This document shows, one piece after another, positions 57,561 through 64,000 of a stretch of 64,000 nt of DNA. Below the pieces are notes generated by a model. That model ran no database searches. It worked only from the letters and a program-made list of their open reading frames with translations, and was not told the DNA's origin. Positions within the stretch are counted from its first letter, which is position 1. The number at the start of each line of letters is the position of its first letter. The DNA lies in contig NIVC01000084.1 in NCBI GenBank assembly GCA_002269645.1, positions 868,001 through 932,000 of the forward strand. Direction: 5' to 3'. The position numbers and the translations under genes were made by a program. The DNA comes from Macrostomum lignano (lineage: Eukaryota).

Positions 57561-60161
57561 TAGGTAGATAAATTTGGAGACTGAGGGTTCTAGAGTGGAA
57601 ATGTAATGAAGCTTAAATAAAACATTCAGCAAGTTATCAAATACCTCCATAGAGAAAAATTATAATCTTATCAAACTAATTGATATCAACAGCTATAATT
57701 ACCTTTCAGAATAGAGAAGACAATGCAGATTAGTAGAAATTAAGTATAGGTGTCGTAGGGGTAACTTCTGTCCCTACAAATGATTTCACTGCTGTCACTA
57801 AAAGCTGTAACAGGGGGTTTTCTTCCTTCTTAATAATATCCCACCAAAGCTATTTCTCCTTAACAATTCTACTGGTTATTAATTGTCTTTCTATTGGTAG
57901 CGCATGTACATCTATTGGTAGCGTATGTACTTCTATTGGTAGCGTATGTACTTCTATTGTACTTTCTGGCCTGAGCGGTCTAAATAGCACTGTCTATTCT
58001 ATTCCTATACTTTCCCTAAAAATATTATTCTCTCAGTCCTGGGCGTTCCCTGGATCAGAGGGTCACAGCTTATGCTCCTTTTCTGCCCTGAGGCGATCTT
58101 CTCTCGCTACGAAGCGGTTCTTCTGCCCTGAGGCGATTTCTCTATTACTGCCCTGAGGCGATCTCTCGCTGTTAGCGATCTTCTCCCAATTGGGGTTCTC
58201 AATCTTAGCAAATAACTAAGTCTTAAAAATACTGCGAGTAACGATTTCTAGGTTTGCTTATCTGAAGCAAACGAATACGAAACGAGTTGAAGCGAAGCAA
58301 AGTGATTCGCGTTTCGAGTTTATTATTCCTGGCCCAAACTGGGCTCCTATTTATACACCTTTTCAGCGTAAATTTTTAACAAAATAATAATTTTCGAAAA
58401 TATTTTTGCAGATCACAACGTTAAAACAAAATATTTAGTTTTTCGTGCAAATTTGAATAAAAGCTTTCTAAGAAATACCATATTCGTGCATAAAAATAGT
58501 TGTTACTTCTTAGGCACTATATCATAGGTAAACAAGTAAAGAATGTAAAGCTAGTCACAACCATGAGAGAACAATAGTGAATCAAAAGTAGGATGCAAGG
58601 GCGATGGCAAACCGTGAGTCAGCATTTTTTAAAAACACTAATTTGATGTAGAACTCTCAGTGCACTATAACAAACTGAGTAAAGAAAAATTAAAATAGAC
58701 ACTCTTTTTATTGGAAGTTAAAAATCTTACCTCCTAAATGTTTTTTACAATGAATTCATCAAAATTTTAGAAAATATTTACCTCTGAGAGCCATGATTCT
58801 AAAAAAGTTTAGTTTTCAAACATACAATTCTCTAAAACTGCTTGCATCAAATTATCATTAATTACATAGAAGATTAACAAATTGAGCTCCTGTTAACTCT
58901 GACAGTAATTTTTTGCAGTTTTCTTTGCTTTATTATCATTTGGACAGCCTCTAAGACTCTGGCAAAAGTTTTAGAAAAATCGGAAAATTGGAAGTATTTA
59001 ATGAACCTAATGTTCAAGAAGGCCAAGTAGCCTACTATAGCAAATATGACAACATAACATATCCATTGAAAATACAAAAATGAGAGCTTGCAAGCAGTGG
59101 ATCTATAAAACGAATTTGCCATTTAGATTATCATATAGGGATTGGATAGCTCCTTTAGCTTGGTATTGACTATTAGCTTATAATTGCAATGGCAAAGATA
59201 AAGCCTAAAAAAGATATTGAGGCAATGTCCTAGTTTCCTGCATTAAATTATTTTGACCTAGAATTTGAAACAAACAAACAAAAGCAAGTTTAGCCTATTC
59301 AAGATTTAAAATGAGTCTTATGTCTAAACTAAAAGGAGTATTACACAATGTAGTAATGTGTCAGCCAGTACAAAAAGTTGTCAGAACTCTTTTTTGGTAG
59401 TCAGCGCCAAAGAAACTTGCTAAGGTGGGAGTCAAAAAGGTAATCACTGGCGCCATGCTGACTATAAAACTTTTCCTTCACTGGTATTCTTAATGACTGA
59501 TATCAAGGTCACAGAGGTTGGCTGATGGCCATAAATTGGCAAGAGGTAAGATATTTGAGCAGGCACTCGAGGTTGTCTAGCCATGATTTACACTAAAAAT
59601 AATGAAAATCGGGTCAAAACAATTTAACATGGGAAACTAGGACATTGCCAATATTGATTGCAGCCTATAGCTATAGGTATTGCCAAAAACCCCCAGGTTC
59701 TAGATCATGTAGCAGTGTATGCTAGAACAAGAATCCTATCTCAGCTAAATGTATGCCAGTGTATGCCAAAAACAAAAATTTCCCTAAAATATATGCCAAA
59801 CTGTGTCTTAGTGCATAAATGTATATAATGATAGTGTAGTAAAGTAGATATGCTTTTACACTACTATCAGTTTTATATCTTCAAGTAACTAATGAATCTT
59901 TGGTTTCCTGTTTTTATTCTTTAATTATCTAAGAACTAGGATTAGGGGATACCAGGAACCTGATGGCAGCATTCTACCAGAATTCAAACCAGTTAAAATC
60001 CACTAGAGAATAAACATAATAACCAGTAGCCAACCTGCAGGACACGACTGCAATAGTGTCTATTCAATAAGCAATTAGCTAGTAATAGTAAAAAATAACC
60101 CATAAAAACCTTGATTGACACAAGCTGCTTATTAAAATACTTTCAGACTGCTAAACACAGA

Positions 60162-61407
60162 ATGGATCGCTCAGCTCCAGTATTAAGTGCAAATCAGGGC
60201 ATCGATGATGTAAAAGTGGGCAGTCTGCCCAGGCTACTAGAAGCTGTCAACTTTGCCGCCGAGAAGCACAAGTGTCAGCGACGCAAAGATCCAGAAGCGA
60301 CGCCCTACATCAACCATCCAATTGGAGTGGCTCGAATTCTCAGCTCCGAAGCTGGTGTGTCGGACACAATCGCTCTTGAGGCAGCAATTCTTCACGACAC
60401 TGTTGAAGACACCGATACAAGTTTTGAAGAGCTCGAAGCAGTTTTTGGTCGGCCAGTTGCTCAGGTTGTGCAAGAGTGCAGCGACGATAAACTTCTGCCA
60501 GCTGCAGAACGGAAAAGACTCCAGGTAAAAAAAATAAAGTACAAGCAGTTTTATTGTTTGCAATTCAAAGGCTAATTTATAAATCGACAAAACTAATCTA
60601 AAAAATTGATAAAAGTAATCTAAGAAATCGATAAGTTAATCAAAGAAATTGATAAAAGTAATCAAAGAAATCGATAAGTTAATCAAAGAAATTGATAAAA
60701 GTAATCTAAGAAATCGATAAGCCAATCTAAGAAATCGATAAAAACTAATCTAAGAAATCGGTAAAACTAATCTAAGAAATCGATAAAACTAATCATCAAG
60801 AAATCGATAAAACTAATCTAAGAAATCGATAAGTTAATCAAAGAAATTGTTAAAAGTAATCCAAGAAATCGATAAGCCAATATAATAAATCGATAAGCCA
60901 ATCTAAGAATCGGTAAGTCAAACTAAGAAATCGATTAACCAGTCTGAAAAATCGATAAGCCAATCTGAAAAATCGATAAAACTAATCCAAGAAATCAATA
61001 TGATTCCATAATGTAAGATCCATGAAATTGGAGCAAAATTTTTGAGCTGATTAAATTGAGCAATCCATAAGTTGATTTAAAGTTGCGATCTTATGAAAAG
61101 AAGCTATTTTTAAATCAGAGAGTCAAAGCGCCACGTCAAACCTCAAACACAGATCCTGCACGCACCGCACGCGTCCGTACGCGCTAAGCTTGTGAAATCG
61201 GCCGACAAGATTTACAATCTGCGCGATTTGGAACGCGTACACCCTGTTGGTTGGACTCGCGACCGGGTGGACGCCTATTTTCTCTGGTCTGCGCAAGTCT
61301 GCCGCGGTCTGCGCGGAGTCAACGCCAATCTGGACCGATTGATGGCTGAAATATTTGACAGACACGGCCTCACTAAGGTCTACTTGGCTGTTGAGGACAG
61401 CGCTTAA
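60162..61407 (+). CDS. HDDC3: MESH1 copy 2, 2 exons, 205 aa, protein apparently identical to copy 1
   Basis: Exons 60162-60524 and 61153-61407; the only coding difference seen is a synonymous ACC>ACA (Thr). Confidence 0.96.
60586..60997. repeat. MESH1 intron array (copy 2)
   Basis: Unit order appears identical to 37965-38375. Confidence 0.9.
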
Positions 61408-61506
61408 TGCAAAAGGATTAAGAGAACTCATTTCTTAGAAAGCAATTTTCGAAGGCTGTGTTGACGCGAAAAAGAAAGAAGTGGTGCTAGAATACGAATC
61501 AAATTA

Positions 61507-62153
61507 CGAGGGTGGTCCCAGAAGTGGCGGGAAAAACCGGTACAGACTGTGATATTCGAATTTGATGCAACTTGCGTCATAAGTGGAAGAAAATGCAACG
61601 GTTGTTTTGCTTTTTAAATAGGGTAAAAAAGTCAATTCATTCAAAAGTTATGCCTATAAATAGAACAAGGGGTAGCTATGGGGTAGAGTTACACCAAGTC
61701 GAGGGGTCTGCAAAGTCGGTCACGCAGCATCGCCATCGCCCTTGACTGATGACTTTTCGATGAAGTCACCCCTCAGCCCGCAGCCTGCAGCTGTTCTGCT
61801 TCTTCTTCTGCTATACTCGTAGATTAGCTTCTGCTTTTTTCGAGAGCTTATGTACTCTTTTGTTTCTTTTCAGCTTCTTAGTTTGCTTTTGTTTTCGAAT
61901 CGATTGTGTTCTGACTAAACATCAAAAGTTTAGTCTATGGCCAGCATAGTAGGCTCGACTTGGTTTTACTCTTCCCCTTACCCCTTTGTTCTATTTATAG
62001 GCATAACTTTTGAATAATTTGATATTTTTACCCCATTTAAAAAGCAAAACAACCGTTGGATTTTTTTCTACTTATGACGCAAGTTGCATCAAATTCGAAT
62101 ATCACAGTCAGCCTCTGTACCGGTTTTTCCCGCTATTTTTGGGCCCACCCTTG
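61507..62153. mobile_element. Tc1/mariner-type MITE (copy 2)
   Basis: Same TA-flanked element as 38885-39531. Confidence 0.92.
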
Positions 62154-63521
62154 TAGTTAAAATTAGGCGTCTTCAAAAATATTTCCTAGAAGTTTAATTA
62201 TTTGTGCTTCTATTTAGGAAGTTTTTATTCTACTATACTTAGGTTGTAAGTAATTGTTTATAATAGTCTTTATGCAATTCCCGTCTTTTGCCTTTCTAAT
62301 CTTTGCTCCACCGTCTCTCTTGTCTTTACATTTTGTTCATTCGTGTCTTAATTTGTTGTTAGTCAGTAGCCTAATGCATAGTTTTGCCATAGTCTTTGTT
62401 TTATTAACTGTGATGCCATTATTTGCTACAGTGATCTGTTGATGCTATTAATGCTTCGATACAATGCTTTGCACTTTCTTTGTGGATTTTATTTCAGTGA
62501 GTTTTTAACGGTGTAACTGAACAGCTTTAAATGTAGAATCTAACAGTTTTTATAGTTAAACCTTAGCTATATCGGTTTATAGACATTTGCACACGTTTCT
62601 ATTGCAATAGTGTTTGCAGTTTAATAATCTAACAAAATACATTCGATTTTTAATGTCGAGGAATGTTTAACACGATTAGTAAAAATATATCACTCAAGGA
62701 CTTCTCAAATAGAAGGACATAAAACCACGTTTCTTGAATAATTTTAGGGGGTAGGTTTTCTTCGAAAAAAAACTACCCTACGGAGATAGAAAATATTCAT
62801 TTTTTCAGTACAAAAATTGTTATTGCCTTCGATAGGAGGCAGACCCAATGTTCATCTTTTGATATGCTGTGCCTTTCGAAAGCAATAACAATTTTATGCT
62901 GAAAAAATGAAAACTCGGACAAAATTATTATTTTCTGTATCCACTTCGACGCATGGATCCAACTGCAGTGGATGCTAACACCCGGATTTTCTTAGAAATG
63001 AGCAGGAGGCCTATAAGTGTCAGAGGCTACACGAGCTAAACGATTCAGGGGATTGAAAGGGCCTGTCAACTCCTCAAAAACAAAAATTGGACATGGGATA
63101 CGGCAGTGGAGATAAGAGGGGTGTCTAAGAAAATTTTGGACGCACTAAGGTACACTACTTATAGTTAGTTGTAGTAGTATCGGCAGCAAAATGAATTTTA
63201 CTCAATTGTGTGCAAATCTTCGCATGTTTTTATTATCTATGGGTTAAAATGGCTCTGCAATCTCGACATTCTGGTTCAAAAGTGATCTTCCGTCTAATCA
63301 GAAACAGTTCTTGCTATTAACTCCAAGAAAAGTTCCAGTTAACAAATACTTTAATTTTCTTATTATAAAAGAAGCACAGAGACAGAGATTGCTTAGGGAG
63401 AAACGGATGAATGGGCCCGCAAATTTTATTGGTTTTGACTATGCGCATGAAATTACGAAAATGTGCTTAAGTGGTTTTGCATACTTGCTCGCTGTAAATT
63501 AGAATTTAACTGAAAAGAGCG

Positions 63522-64000
63522 ATTGGCTGGCTGACTTAGTGCACCAGAAACAAAACAATACTACAATATGAAATATGCGGTAACACAATGCAACTATTTA
63601 GAAATGATTTCCAGGCCACACACAGGTAATCGGAACTAAGTATTGGCTGGCTTACTTAGTACACCATGCTTAGAAACAAAACAATACTACAATATGAAAT
63701 ATGCGGTAACACAATGCAACTATTTAGAATTGATTCCCAGGCCACACACAGGTAATCGGAACAAAGTATTGGCTGGCTTACTTAGTACACCATGCTTAGA
63801 AACAAAACAATACTACAATATGAAATATGCGGTAACACAATGCAACTATTTAGAAATGATTCCCAGGCCACACACAGGTAATCGGAACAAAGTATTGGCT
63901 GGCTTACTTAGTACACCATGCTTAGAAACAAAACAATACTACAATATGAAATATGCGGTAACACAATGCAACTATTTAGAAATGATTTCCAGGCCACACA
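63522..64000. repeat. 126-bp satellite (copy 2, truncated by the window end)
   Basis: Same unit as 40900-41697. Confidence 0.97.

Larger units (their letters stand above)
49630..64000 (+). repeat. Segmental duplication, copy 2 (runs off the window end)
   Basis: Colinear with 30330-41400 except for copy-specific blocks at 55066-55422 and 56120-59147. Confidence 0.97.

Noticed and set aside
57806-58417. Solo LTR call (TGTAAC...ATCACA)
   Set aside because: No matching 4-6-bp target-site duplication at any TG/CA pair tried; kept only as part of the block-swap finding.

Overview
Eukaryotic (animal) genomic DNA with GC-rich spliceosomal exons, most separated by introns filled with tandem repeats. 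The style fits a free-living flatworm such as Macrostomum, but that is inference only. Hand-built, phase-consistent gene models: (1) a 5-exon CYP7/CYP8/CYP39-like cytochrome P450 on the minus strand (4089-8108, 516 aa); (2) an 8-exon SynGAP/DAB2IP-family RasGAP on the minus strand (10978-22388, about 1076 aa); (3) two near-identical 2-exon HDDC3/MESH1 genes on the plus strand (37541-38785 and 60162-61407), inside a direct segmental duplication (30330-41697 vs 49630-64000); (4) a secreted 4x WSC-domain protein on the minus strand between the two copies (42409-47698), built by tandem exon duplication and apparently using GC-AG introns. Several MITEs are present. Most long ORFs in the supplied track are repeat artefacts. 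Most unusual observations: a different minisatellite in almost every intron of the P450, RasGAP and MESH1 genes, often with branch-point-like motifs on the sense strand; a compensatory base-pair change sweeping through a 28-bp intronic satellite; and dense clusters of Tc1/mariner-type excision footprints, one confirmed by an empty site in the duplicate copy. All identities and counts are by-eye estimates; no searches were run.
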